Below, piece after piece: positions 39,636 to 51,938 of a stretch of DNA of 64,000 bases. The notes under the pieces are model-generated. The model did no database searches and was not told where the DNA came from. It worked only from the letters and a program-made list of their open reading frames with translations. Source of the stretch: Hydrolagus colliei (taxonomy: Eukaryota); contig CM068748.1 of the NCBI GenBank assembly GCA_035084275.1, positions 5,642,001 through 5,706,000 of the forward strand, given 5' to 3'. Position 1 is the first letter of the stretch, and each line of letters opens with the position of its first letter. Position numbers and translations under genes: made by a program.

Positions 39636-39759
39636 ATGTACAGTAATTTGTGTTGTTTATTACTATATATCTCGCTAATGTTTGATGGACCACCAGGTCA
39701 CTAATTCCAGACAAGAACTGGAATCTATTGAAATTTGTCTTACCACTCAAGGACTTTCT

Positions 39760-39935
39760 GCTCATCTGATTACATTCCTCCAGAGTACCCACAGATTTAA
39801 CCTCCTCCTATCACAGTATCAATCTAAATAAGTCCAGTGTCCTGCCCTCAATCACCCTTCCTTCCAATCTGTTCCGGGTCGTTAATTACACTCTTTGTAA
39901 TGGAAAGCTATCTGGTGTCTGTCCTGAAATTTAAC
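39760..39935 (-). mobile_element. CR1 3' fragment
   Basis: aaataagtccagtgtcctg..ctcaa shared with the CR1 piece at 54670-54830. Confidence 0.6.
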
Positions 39936-40661
39936 AAATCTTGACTCTTGCAACTCCTCCTTTCCTGGCTTGGTGCATCCTACAAGGTGCTCTATCAAAT
40001 GCAATCATTATTATTAATTCAAATTTGATTTATGGCTCAATTCAGTATCTAACAAATGGTGCAGCACGCCTTCACTTATTAAATGCCAAGCTTCTTTTGG
40101 AGAATATAGATAATGTGGTTTCTGACAAAGTATATCTGTCAAATGAATACAAGTACAGCAGTGTCACTTTTATGTAAAGTACGAACTCATCAACGGTATA
40201 CATCAAATCTGCCTGTTCACCTTTTCAATCTTATTTGTAACCTAATAACAATGATGGTCACTGATAATATTATGGCAGGAGAGTGCTGTAGATCCAATGA
40301 AGATGTGTGACGTTTGCAAGTAGGCTGTTGTGTGCTGTATTTTAATGTACAAACTGGTTTGAAGCCATCACCGATCATTGGGAAGCCCTGATTCATCCTT
40401 ACAACCAGAGAACACTCAGTACACTTTACTAGGAATTAAATACGGAAAGAGAAAAAGTAACATTGAAATGAGAAAGTTACATTTCAAGGAACAATCGAAG
40501 GTTAAATGTGCTTTAAAAATTATATACAGTATCTATGATTCCAATACTCCATCCATCGTATTTGCTGCCATTCTAGTGGTCTATTTTGCCTGTTTATATT
40601 GTAAATGACACAAACATAATTATAGCACAAATTTGCAGGGAGAACCTTGTTTCTATGTAAG

Positions 40662-40820
40662 TATGAGTATTGGCATGCTATTCCAAGATTCGCCAAACTG
40701 ATTTTACTGCAACAACTGTCAGTGGTAATTCAGGGAGCTAGATTTGAATTGTAATACCTAGTCCAATCCTCCTTGAAGGAGCCACTCTCCACTGCCATCC
40801 TGGCAAGGTTGGAAAGTGAG
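40662..40820 (+). repeat. Local direct duplication, copy 2 (partner 39487-39635)
   Basis: Collinear with copy 1, with two small insertions. Confidence 0.9.
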
Positions 40821-41339
40821 TGTTGATTGCTGGGTGTAACATTCCATCCTAAGGCCTGCAATTAGAATTCATAAAAACACTCTTACCTATGCCTGGTGAT
40901 CCCAAATCAATTTTGTATATTAAAAAATTATGCTGTTGGAGCATACCTCCAATTACAAAATCAAGGTCCTGTTTTCTACTGGCATCAAAACAAACAATTT
41001 CCATCTACCTGAGGCTGTCCTTGTCTGAAAAGCAGTTCACCTTGAGTTATCCGACAATCCATGTCTTCCCTTATTTGCCACCTTCAGGAAGACTAGCGCA
41101 GACTATTTGGGTCACAAGAAAGAGTACTCATCAATTAAATGTACGATGGTATTTTTTTGTCGAATGAACTAATATGTCAAGGAGATGGGCAGGACCTCAT
41201 TTTGGGGCTTTTGACAAATCAGCAAATGTTTAATCTCAAGATGTGCAGGTTCTCATAAATAATGTAGTGATTACTGAGACAGAACGCTAACTGCGTTGAT
41301 GTTTTCCCAGTGACCGCAGTCAGTGTGTGTTGGGAGTGT

Positions 41340-41370
41340 GGGGGTGGGGGGGGGGGGGGGGGGGAGAGGG
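41340..41370 (+). repeat. Poly-G tract (G19 at 41346-41364)
   Basis: Seen directly in the sequence. Confidence 0.9.
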
Positions 41371-41489
41371 AGAGAAAAGGAACTAAATCATTTCCTTTTA
41401 TGTGACTTCATAAGAGACTTATGTTTTAGGTAAATGATTTATTCTATATGCCAGGATTTTTCCATGAGACATACGGTTAAACTTTGAAT

Positions 41490-41700
41490 AATTCAATCGT
41501 TAAAGTTATGTATCAACATTCACTTTGTCCTTTTGCATTGTCTTCTACTATGTCATTGATACAGCGGCTAATGGTTGTGTTTTCACTTGTGCCACTTTGG
41601 ATGTGTTTGTTTGTGTTTTATTGCTCAGCTACAAATTAAAACAATATTGCTCCATCGTGTGAAAATGAATTAATTTGTTTTGAGAGATTACTACTTGCAC
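41490..41700. promoter_or_regulatory. Candidate conserved non-coding element
   Basis: Cluster of CTTTGT/CATTGT/AACAAT (Sox-like), CACTTG (Nkx-like), TGTTTGTTTG (Fox-like) and TTAATT motifs. Conservation not verified. Confidence 0.25.
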
Positions 41701-42248
41701 AATAAATACATTTTTCTGAAGTGTTGCTCTGTTGCCCTGTACAGGAATCATTGGAAACATAGATTTGCAACACTGTGCACTGTGGAAGCATTTGACTCCT
41801 TAATGGCATAGTGCTTTTTATTTGGACCTGTTACCTTTTAGGAATAGTGAGCTATGTAACAGAATGTAAAATAAAAACATTTAGTTAATGAGAAAATTTA
41901 TGACCGATTTAATCCTAAATTAATGGCCCAATAGAATTAAAGACTATGGGGATTCACTTTGCAGTATTGTAGAAGTGCTGTATATATGTCTAATTTAGTG
42001 CAGTTACCATAGCAAAATTCTAATGAATTCCTTGAAAATGGGTTTTTGGAAAAGGTGATACAAAAAATGTTATGCCTGTTTTTTGTCCTTTAATTCTTTG
42101 AATGACAATTAAAATAGTTTTCATATTTGCATGTTAGCTGGTTCTGGTTTTGGAAATGCCCATTCATAATTTTTAATATGTAGATTCATCTCAGTATGGA
42201 TATATCATGTAATTCTTTTTTTAATAAGTTTTTGGGTTTGTTTTGCAG

Positions 42249-42312
42249 GCTTTAGGAAATCTTTACTTTCTTCATGAGTCTTTGAAAAACACCTATCAAT
42301 TTGATTTTAAAG
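42249..42312 (+). CDS. INPP5A: INPP5A internal coding exon (approx. exon 5), 64 nt
   Basis: Acceptor tttgttttgcAG, donor GTaagg. Translates ALGNLYFLHESLKNTYQFDFK. Follows a ~34.9 kb intron. Confidence 0.97.
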
Positions 42313-43174
42313 GTAAGGTTTACATGGATTTATTTTAATGTAACATTGCTGATGTTGCAGGGCCTGAATTTACCTTTACCATTAGCACTATGCTAATAGA
42401 AGCTTTCCATCTTCTGCATGATATAGCATCATAGGGCTGAAATTGAACTAATTGCTATATACAGTATATGGACATTGGCAATGCACTATTATATCTGAGA
42501 AATCCTATCAGTAGCAGGCATCAATCATCAATACCATCACCAAGTGTAATGTCCACTGAAAATTAAGCAATATACCGCTGAGTGGTACCAGGCTTGTATT
42601 TTCTTCTGTCACACATTTGATTAATTCGACACAAAATGCTACGAAAGAGTAACTCAAATCACAGGTCAAGTTAAAAACATGATAAGATTAATTATTTGTG
42701 TGAAGATTGGGTGAGTCACAGTGTATTTTTAACGAATCACAGCCCTGCAGTCTTTATAAAGTTTTTATGGCAGGCAGTATTAACTTACAAAATACTGAGT
42801 TCATATAAGTTGGCACTGAAATGCTTCTAAGCATTTAGAAGTACAATACACAAAATTATATACGAAGTATATGAAATTAATTGTTGCTGCACCTTACCAT
42901 AACGTTTTCAGTTGAGGTTGTGTATGTAGCACAAGATCAGACTTTCTGTGCGATAAAGTGTGCAATGTAAATTCAGCTGCACCGTGTGTGATTAAATGGG
43001 CTGAGTTATAGGTATTGGTCAGATGGAGTCTGTAGAAATCCTGATCCAAGCAGAACATGGTTTTCTTTCTTTACCAAAGGAAGAATATACCTTCAAACCA
43101 ACAGTACACTGCAATTGGAAAATTTGGGGATAAGAAAAGGAATGTAAATATTAAGTTTAATACTGTATATTAAA

Positions 43175-43441
43175 CTGCAGGGAAAGAAAATTGCAGCCAC
43201 CGTGTTTGCTTCTGGCTGCTGTACAGTGGCCCCTGGTTTATCTGTGGATGATCTGGTTTACCTGTGAGCTATGTTACCTGGTTAGCTGGCCAACACTCAT
43301 TCTCCCAACAAACACGTGAAGAATAGCCACTTGAAGAAAATACCAGAGAGCAATTAATGCCCTTGGAAATATACCCCAGTGAGAAACAGCACTTTCAGAT
43401 GACGAAGGAGAAGAAGAGAAAGAGAAAATTGGCAAAAAAAA
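43175..43441 (+). mobile_element. 3' half of an older SINE-like element
   Basis: gtgaagaatagccacttg...ataccccag...cagcactttcag...aaaattggcaaaaaaa resembles the 3' end of an old SINE I recall from shark genomes; family name not assigned. Confidence 0.45.
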
Positions 43442-44069
43442 CCCTCAAAGAATAAGGAATTAAATAGTTGGTGACGTTGAGTTTAAATTAAGATGCAATT
43501 TCATGCAACTGTTTCAATAGCTTTACGTAAATCATAAGCGCATCAATCTAATTATATATTTGTTTCTCAATGGTAATACAACTAAATGCTCAGGAAAAAG
43601 CTAGGTAAACAAAATAGATGTCTTGATGCTATAACAAGTTGTTATCAGTGCAGCATAGAATGGGTCGAGCTTTAGAGAAGATTGGATAGTGAAGAGAGTT
43701 TCCAGACATCAATTAAATTACTGTTTTGAAAGGAAAGTAAACTATCGAGAGACTGTTACATTCACTGACATTTGGATGCGATGCTGCTTTATTTTTAACT
43801 ATCAACAGAGTTTATTACCAATAATTCCATTTTCATATTACATGTACCTTAGATAATATCGGGAAATCACCAAGCAAATATTTATTTTTAGTAAACATTT
43901 TCTACATTTATTAGGATTTACTAAGCTGAAACACATAAGTAAAGTTTACAAATAGTTTATTTGATATTTTTATCTGTCGTAATTGTAACCTGTGGAACTG
44001 ACAATATTCTAATGTTTTGGCTCACAAGGAGACTAACTTTGTGAATGCGCGTTTGATTTTTTTTTCAAG

Positions 44070-44173
44070 CTAAGAAATACAAAAAAGTAACTGGTAAAGA
44101 AATCTACTCAGAAACATTAGAGAGCACACCCATGCTGGAAAAGGAGAAGTTTCCAAAAGATTATTTCCCTGAG
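44070..44173 (+). CDS. INPP5A: INPP5A internal coding exon (approx. exon 6), 104 nt
   Basis: Branch-point-like GACTAAC at 44031, T-tract, aAG acceptor, donor GTaggt. Translates AKKYKKVTGKEIYSETLESTPMLEKEKFPKDYFPE. Confidence 0.97.
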
Positions 44174-45849
44174 GTAGGTTGCATGATTTTGAGACGTGAG
44201 ATGCTTAAAGTCATTCTTTTAAACTACATTTGTTGTTCTATTTTTGCCCCAACTGATTGGTATGTTAAGTTATTTCACTGCCTGTCAAATAGAATTTCCT
44301 GAGTGGGATTTGTAAGAGATGACGTGTGAGGAGGTGGTGGGTTTTCTACTGTTACTGAATGAATTATTTTTATGTATTCCACTGCGTTCAAGTTATGACA
44401 CTGCCAGTACAGTTACTGGCAATGCGCAAGACCCTAAAGCCCTAAGGTCATTTGACACAGTCAACATCACTTCCAGGTCATCAAATAACTCACTAAAGCA
44501 CCCTTAGGAGATCAGATGTTTTTGTGTTACAATACCCACACATGTACAAGGTATATTTGCTTTGTAAGTGTTATGTCTGCAACTCAGTATTGTATATGGA
44601 ATCAGAAATTGACTGTTGAATGTTTTGGCTCAGTACCCTTTTCTGTCATCCAGACTTTACAATGATTCATTCTATTTATTTCTTAACAACTGTTCTTAAA
44701 ATTAGTCTCTTTATTTTAAAATACTGTACTGTACAAAGTCAACCGTGGTATTAACTTGTATCATTTTGACTATTGCATATCATTGATGATTTCATATTGA
44801 CATCAGCGACATAAACAAATGTACAAAAATTATAGGTAGTAATTATAAAATAGAACGCAGTTTCCATCTAAGTAATAACCTGTTCCGTTCTGCGACTGAC
44901 AGATATGCAAATGGTCCTCTCAATTGGTTTAAGACTGATTTCTTTCCTTTTATTACTGCCGCTTAAAGCTGATCTAAAAGTAATTACATTGATTGAGGTA
45001 TAATGCAATCCAAAATAATTACAATTCACTGCATATAAAACTAACAAAACTTTTCCTCATGATTTATTGCACCTCTTGGCTGTATATGAATCTGAAATGA
45101 TGCCTCTGGGACCAGCACTTGAGATAATGTTCAGCTATTTAAAACGAACAGATTTGTGTAGTCTATCAGACCTGAATATTTTTTGCCAGTAGTGAGAAAT
45201 TGGTTGTTATCATACATCACAGATACTGCTCAAAGCTCTTATGAAAGATGAATTAATTTCACTAATGCTTTAATGTGAACCTTTCATGAACAAAGCTGTA
45301 CAAGGATAACCTTGTAGGGGTCCCTAGTTGCTTGATAGTGATTTATTTCATCTTTTAATAAAGGAAACAGCCTGTATATAATCCATCTGTGGGGCATAGG
45401 AGGGGCATTGGTTGATGTGCAATCTATGGGATTTTTTTTTACTTCCTGTTTTATTTAATACTATAGAAATGGCAAAAGCTTTCACGAACATACATACACA
45501 TGTAATTTGTGAATTCTTAAATAGATTAGTAATCCAGATGTAAATTGTATAGGACCTATCAATTGGTCCTCTAAATAACAGCCCCATAAAGACAGATTTG
45601 TAGGAAGAAAGCAAAAAAGCCAGGGTTCTTCTGAATTGAACAAAATGTGCTTCACATTAAGGAAGGCAGAGACAAGATGTAGAACTAGAATTTGTTAAAT
45701 TTGGATTTTTCTTTCCATTTGTGCAATTTGGGAGTACAGACTGGCATGAGCTTTTCTGGTTCTGCAGTTAACTTTTAGTTTGTTATCTCTTACTTCAGAT
45801 TAAGATGCCTTTGCTCATATACTCAGCCTTTTTTCAAGCCTCTGTCACT

Positions 45850-46232
45850 CAACAACAACAAACAAAATTTACACTTGTAAAACGCCTTTCAAGTCAGGAG
45901 GATGTCATAAGGCGCTCGACAGTCATTGTTTCAGACCCAAGCTGGGGTCTGGGGCGGGGAGGGTGGGGGAAAGGGGGGGGATTTGGGGTGACCGATGGGA
46001 CTGTTGAAGAGGAGGGTCTTGAGGTGGCACTTGAAGGAGGCCAGGGAGAGGCAAGGCAGAGAGAGTGTGGGTTGGATTTCCAGAGGTTGGGGGCAGAGTG
46101 GCTGAAGTCTCACTCACCAATGCTGGGGCGGGTGGGTTGGGGGACGTGGAGCAGGCCGGAGGCTGCTGAGCAGAGGGGGTGGGCAGGTTGATAGGGGGTT
46201 AGGAGGTCGTAGAGGTAGGGTGGGGTGGAGGG
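45850..46232 (-). mobile_element. L2 LINE 3' fragment with complete tail
   Basis: PPYLYDLLTPYQPAHPLCSAASGLLHVP and LASFKCHLKTLLF in ORFs 46110..46292 and 45931..46113; (AAC)n tail at 45850. Confidence 0.9.
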
Positions 46233-46629
46233 CTTTGAATGTGAAACTCCGGGTAACAAGAGGTTTGTCTTGACCTTTGTGCTTCTCCCCACACCTCTCT
46301 TAGGGAGACATGATCATCCTGAGAGGTCCCATTTATTGCCAGCTAAAATTAAGACCTTACGTTAAAAGAATTTTGAAGAAGCCCTTGTAGTCTGTTACTC
46401 TCTGGGGCAGTGCATTGTTACATCAACATTCAATATAATATAATATTATAGAATAGTAGTTATGGTGGTAGTAGTTATGCCTGATGCACTTTATTTTTAA
46501 AAGCTGAAAGTTTTATTTCTGATGAGTATGTTGCAGAAAGGAAGTTTTTTTAAAAAAATTATATTGCTCCTTATCGCATCAAAACATCTTCACAGGTAAT
46601 TACCATCAAATATTTGTTGTCGTCAAGAA

Positions 46630-46840
46630 ACTCTATTCCCTTTTTGAATAATACCGTGCTTTTTTAGTACCAGAACAGTCAGACAAGACCTTGATTTAAC
46701 ATAACATCACTTCCAAAATCTGCCACCTCCATCAAGGCAGTGCTTCCTCCATATTGCACCGTTGTGTGATCCTAAATGATGAGCTCAAACCCCAATGTGA
46801 GTCTTCAATTTACAACCTGCTTCCCCATAGGTGAGAGACA
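46630..46840 (-). mobile_element. Old DeuSINE (SacSINE1-like) 5' part
   Basis: cagacaagaccttgatttaac...gccacctcc...gcagtgcttcctccatattgcac...gagctcaa...acaacct resembles the recalled antisense SacSINE1 consensus. Confidence 0.5.
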
Positions 46841-49439
46841 GTGGCTTCAATTTGATATGATGCATACATCCATGTCAAAACATAGGATAAATAAGTGCAA
46901 TTTCTGTAACATTAACTCTCCATCATAAAGTGAGATTAGAAACCCCACAAGTATGCATATAATCATTTTGCAGTGTTAAAAATAGTTTTTAACAGAAACA
47001 ACTTTTCACATTTATAAGATTAAATATCTCCTTGTAACCATAATGTAATAGCGATGATGAGACTGCATTCATTGTTGGTAAATAGTTTAGGCTGACATTA
47101 ATTGATGCAGCTGGCTTTCCCTCAGGCCTCAAACAAACTGAAATGAATTATTGTTTGTTAATGCCCACTGCTGCGTTTGATATCATTAAAATGTAGAGCC
47201 GGGCTACCATTTACTGGATACAGTTTTATTGTATTTGCATTAAACTGAAGCAGCATGAAAGCACTTAAAGATTTGGAACTAATTTTGACAAGAAATTGCT
47301 CTATTTATAATCACTGCTTTTATCATTCTTCTTGTCCAGTGTTTAGCTTTGGAGGAGGAAAGGGATAGTTACATCATTTTTAAACCTTAAATCTCAGATA
47401 GTTTGGATGGAAGTATGAATTCATGTTGAATAACATTTGGAATATTCGGACCATACTTAATCAGCGATTTGTGTGGTTATATGAAACTGTAGGCAATAAT
47501 TCTATGCACTGATGTGATCAGCATCATCTGATATAACTAACGTTGTTAATTTAATGCATCAGCAGATTTAGAAATGAACGTTAACAGAGCAATGCTTCTT
47601 TGTAATGTTTACCCATTTTGATCATTTTTCTCCTTACCATCTTCCAAGGGACTGGGTTCTGATTCTAGAATATCAAACATTCATTGCACTTACTGCACAC
47701 AGGATTTGGAGATACTCTACAGGATGAATTAATAAAATCAAGATTAAAATGCTGGTGTGTTTGAGTACTGGTGGTAGGGGGCTAATTATAAATATTTCTT
47801 GAATAATAATTTACTAAAATACCATAATAGCTTTGTGTTTTTCAGTAATTATCAAATGCAAGGATTATTATTATAATTATTTTCAGTGGGAGCCATCTGC
47901 TTTTGGTCTATTTTCTACGGGAGGTAGAGTTGGGGGTGGGATGTGTACAAATGGATTGAAGACTATCCTGTGACTACTGATGACATTTCAGCTTTACACT
48001 TGGCTGAAAGGATGTGTTTTCAATATGGAACAAGGATGGAAGACATGTCAGTTCCCAACCGTCTCTTCCCCTGCTGCTATCTCACATACATCACATGTTT
48101 TGCCTCCTAAATGTGATCTGTCCAGCAGTTTGCCTGTTATTTGACTGAACTTGTCAATCTTGTGGATGAAGCACTGGGGCTTGCACCTATAGTGGTTGAT
48201 TTGTGGAACATCGTGAATGCTATGTCATCTAGCCACATGAGGTTGGGTGTTTTTTAAATTCGTAACACAAAGTGTAACCACAGACATCACTTCTAATGGT
48301 TCTTTTGTCATGCATTATATCATTGTATTCTCTTTAGGTGTCCCCATGGTTTGCTTGAAATTCATGCTGTTTGTTTCAGAATGGGTATGAACTTTTTGTC
48401 AGAACTGCTGGCATCTTCTTTCTTCTCTGATTTCCTTTGGTCAGTTGAATAAATTCCTGCTGTGTTGCTTTAATTTGATATGGTTTCTCTCAGCAAAATG
48501 ATGGAAACGATGAATTGAGACATTGCATTGGACATTATCAATCAAAGTTGTGTGCATTAGTTATTACTCACAGTGCATACTGACATTAGCCCTCTGTAAC
48601 CTTTGTCTCCTTGTTGATGTTCCATAGAGGTTTTTACCCCATGTAGCTGATGTATTTATGTAAGTAGTGTTTATAGAGGTTCTTTAAAAGGTCAGTAAGA
48701 GCTTTTTTTTAGCCTTGGGCCTACTCTAACAGTGACATTGCACATGACATATCTGAAACTACTGTATCAACGCGTGTTCGACAACGATTAATGAGACACC
48801 AGGCAAACAGCATCTTAATATTTATATGCATTGTTTTCCATTTAGTTAAGTACTACTGTGTGATTTTTAATTTGTTAATACACTTTCCATTAATTTTTAA
48901 ATAAACTTTAGGGTATGATGGGATGGAGTAATTGTTGTGAAAGAATGACACTTCAACACACCCCTGTAGGCACTTAATCCATTATTTTATAACCATGTAC
49001 CCATTTACTATCAAGATTAATTTGTGGGTGATGTGGCTGAGTACATGGTGTCACAAGATAGTTATTAATTAATGCCTTCTGCTAGTTGAACTAATACAAA
49101 TGTAATGGTTTGATCAACCAATCTTTATTTAAGAGAAATATATCAATTCTTTTTTTAAAAAAGAAGAGATAAGACAGGTGTTTGCAAAATAAGATAAAGG
49201 CTATCTCAAAATGAATCTGTGGCCTAGGTCCCCAAAATAACCCATGGGTTATACTGCTGAGAATTTTTTTTTAGGTTATTATTGAGAAAAACAATTAATG
49301 CACTGTGTGAGGCCAGCATTTTAAAGTGAGTGAGTTTCTGCTATATATTGCAAATGAAAATCCAATATTCATAAGAAAATAGAGACTTCTGGCAATACCT
49401 GGAGATCTGTTAACAGACATGTAGTGGTAAAAGGTGTCC

Positions 49440-49720
49440 CCAAAGAGATAAAAGTCTTTAGATGGGTTTTGAAAATGGAGAGGTAGGGAGGAAGCAAGAT
49501 GGAAGAATGTTGGAAGAGAATTCCTACAAATGGGGGTATGGGTTGATGGGTATCATCAGACAAACTCTATTTGACAGCAGAGGGTGAAAGGATGTGGTGG
49601 GGCAAAGCTGTGATGGCCTTTGAACGTAAGGATGAAAATGTTAAAGATAATCAATTGAAGGGTTAAGGAGCCAGTGGAGTTGGGTGAGGATATGGTGATT
49701 AGCTTACAGATCCTCAGCAG
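49440..49720 (-). mobile_element. Old L2 fragment
   Basis: FKTHLKTF in ORF 49369..49563; ggagccagtggagttgggtgaggatatggtgat is the reverse of ITxxLTQLHWLL. Confidence 0.65.
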
Positions 49721-50449
49721 AAGAAAATATGGGCAGCTAAGTTCTAAACAATCTGCATTTTGTGAAGACGCAGCAGAATGCTAAGATCACATTGAGATAT
49801 TATATATCCAGCTACCAGCAGAAGTTGCTATTTGGAAGTCCTGTATTTGAATATTATATTTTAAATCCTATTGTGACATTATATAGAAATATAGAGCTGT
49901 GATTAAATGTAGAGATGACTGATAGAGTATTTCATTTTGACACTGATAAAAGCTTAGAAAACGGGGCATATGTGGGATTAGGCACATCATTCTGTTTACA
50001 CCAATCAACATGATTTGTACTTGCAGACAGGATATGCTCCATCCATTCATTTCTGACCTTGAGTTGCAGTCAGTTTTCTGCAGTCATTTCTTCAAAAAGT
50101 TTTTTTTCTGCTTTAGGTACACAAAAATCATACATCAAAGATGTACATATTTGCAAATCATGTTATTGTGTTTGTTATTCACTCTCACTGTAGATGTAGC
50201 CTGGCGATTCTCTATTCCAACCCCGCACGGGTAATTTTCAGACACTTTTCCATTTCAGGGAATAGTGTAACTCTTTCCCAGTATTAAGAATAGAAGTTAT
50301 GGGAAGAGGAGCTGTGGGATCCAATTCATCATGAGCGGGCTGATCTGAGTTTGAGTACCACATGAGCCTTATAAATCATATCCATACCTTTCAACTTGTG
50401 AACCAAGCATAACAATCAGCTTCAACTCTTTTACTGCAGGTTCTGGATT

Positions 50450-50690
50450 TGGATGTTTGCAAAAACTTTCCCCCAAAAGGTTGGTTTGTTAAAAACAATA
50501 GTATTCTCAATAATACTATTGGGAAAAAAAAGACGAGCAATAATGCACAAAAATAAGAAATGGATCCAGACAAAAACAAGCAGATCCGGGAAGCAGGAAA
50601 GTAGATTTTCTGCTCTTCCAGCCACAAGATGTCACTCTAGCAAAATATGAATGGCTGGTTCTTCCCAAATGGTGCAGCTGTAATGTGCTG
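50450..50690 (+). mobile_element. Possible old L2 RT fragment
   Basis: WMFAKTFPQKVGLLKTIVF resembles L2 WMxxNFLQLNxxKTExIVF. Confidence 0.3.
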
Positions 50691-51394
50691 TGACTGTGCT
50701 CCTCCACTCTGGATAGATGAACACTGACCTTTTTACAGCAACAAACAAAGGATGCTCTTTTTTATCACTGCTCTATTATTTGTACTGGTTGGAAATTGGA
50801 ATCTGCACAGCTGGCCAGTTGAACCTGGGTGAATAACAGTACGACTGGCATCATGTGCTTGCTTTTTCAACCAGTTCAACTAATTTGATCATCCAACATA
50901 TTTGGTGCAGGCTCCCAGGCCAACACAAGCAGGCCAATATTTCTCCTTCACCCAACTTCACCAAACAACTTGATCATTCATCTCATTGCTCTCCGTAGAA
51001 TGTTGTTCACACATTTGCAACAGTCACCGTACTTCAAAGTAATGTGTGAAGTGTTTTGAAATGTGACAAGGAGCTGGAAAATGTATAAAAATGTAGAAAT
51101 GGATAAAATGTCTATGTTTCGATATTTGAATGAGGGGAAATGCAAGAATATTATGATACCATATCATAAATAGTATCATCTAATGGTTTGGTTCATCTCG
51201 GTTCCAATCAACTCCTATCAGATCTTGCCCATAAAACTGGAGGATGTGTTCAATCGCTGCCCTCACCCTCAAATATAACCAGGGCTAATGAGTTGCATGT
51301 GAGCGATGCTTACCCTAAAAGCTTCATTATAACATCTCGCAGTCATATTAAGCTGTTTTAATGCAGCTTTTACGGCAAGCCAAGGAATGAACCA

Positions 51395-51469
51395 ATAATA
51401 AATAAAAATAATAATATAAAAAATCCTTGCATTTGATATAGTGCTTTTCACATCTTCTGGACGTCTCAA
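51395..51469 (-). mobile_element. SINE 3' tail
   Basis: aatccttgcatttgatatagtgcttttcacatcttctggacgtctcaa. Confidence 0.85.
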
Positions 51470-51804
51470 TCCCACAATTAATTTAAGCCAGCTTCACCAC
51501 AGAACATGACCACCAATTTTGTGGAAGCTACTTCTTTGAGCTTCTTTTATTTTTACATTTTTATTTCCTTTGGAAGAATCGACAAATTGATTACAATGTG
51601 ATTGAAGGCATCTCAAACTCTACAGTGAATTTAATCCGTAACTAGTGTTATATTGTACTAATGTGCTCTTACCTTTACCTGGCTTCTCAATAATATCTAT
51701 TATCCATTTTATTTATTGTGGAATTGGTAAAGCAAATTCAGATAATTCCCTGTGTTCTTTACATAGTGCATCCATTCACTGCTGTGATTCCATTCATTGT
51801 TAAT

Positions 51805-51938
51805 TACTGTGTGCAATTGGCTGCCATGTTTCGCCCACGTATATACAGTCAATTCATTTTACAGTGTATTCTGCAAAGTGCTTTGAGATGTCTAGAAGAC
51901 GTGAAAAGTGCTACATCAAATGCAAGGATTATTATTAA
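51805..51938 (+). mobile_element. 5'-truncated SINE
   Basis: gtgtgcaattggctgccatgtttcgccc...tctagaagacgtgaaaagtgctacatcaaatgcaaggattattatt. Confidence 0.85.
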
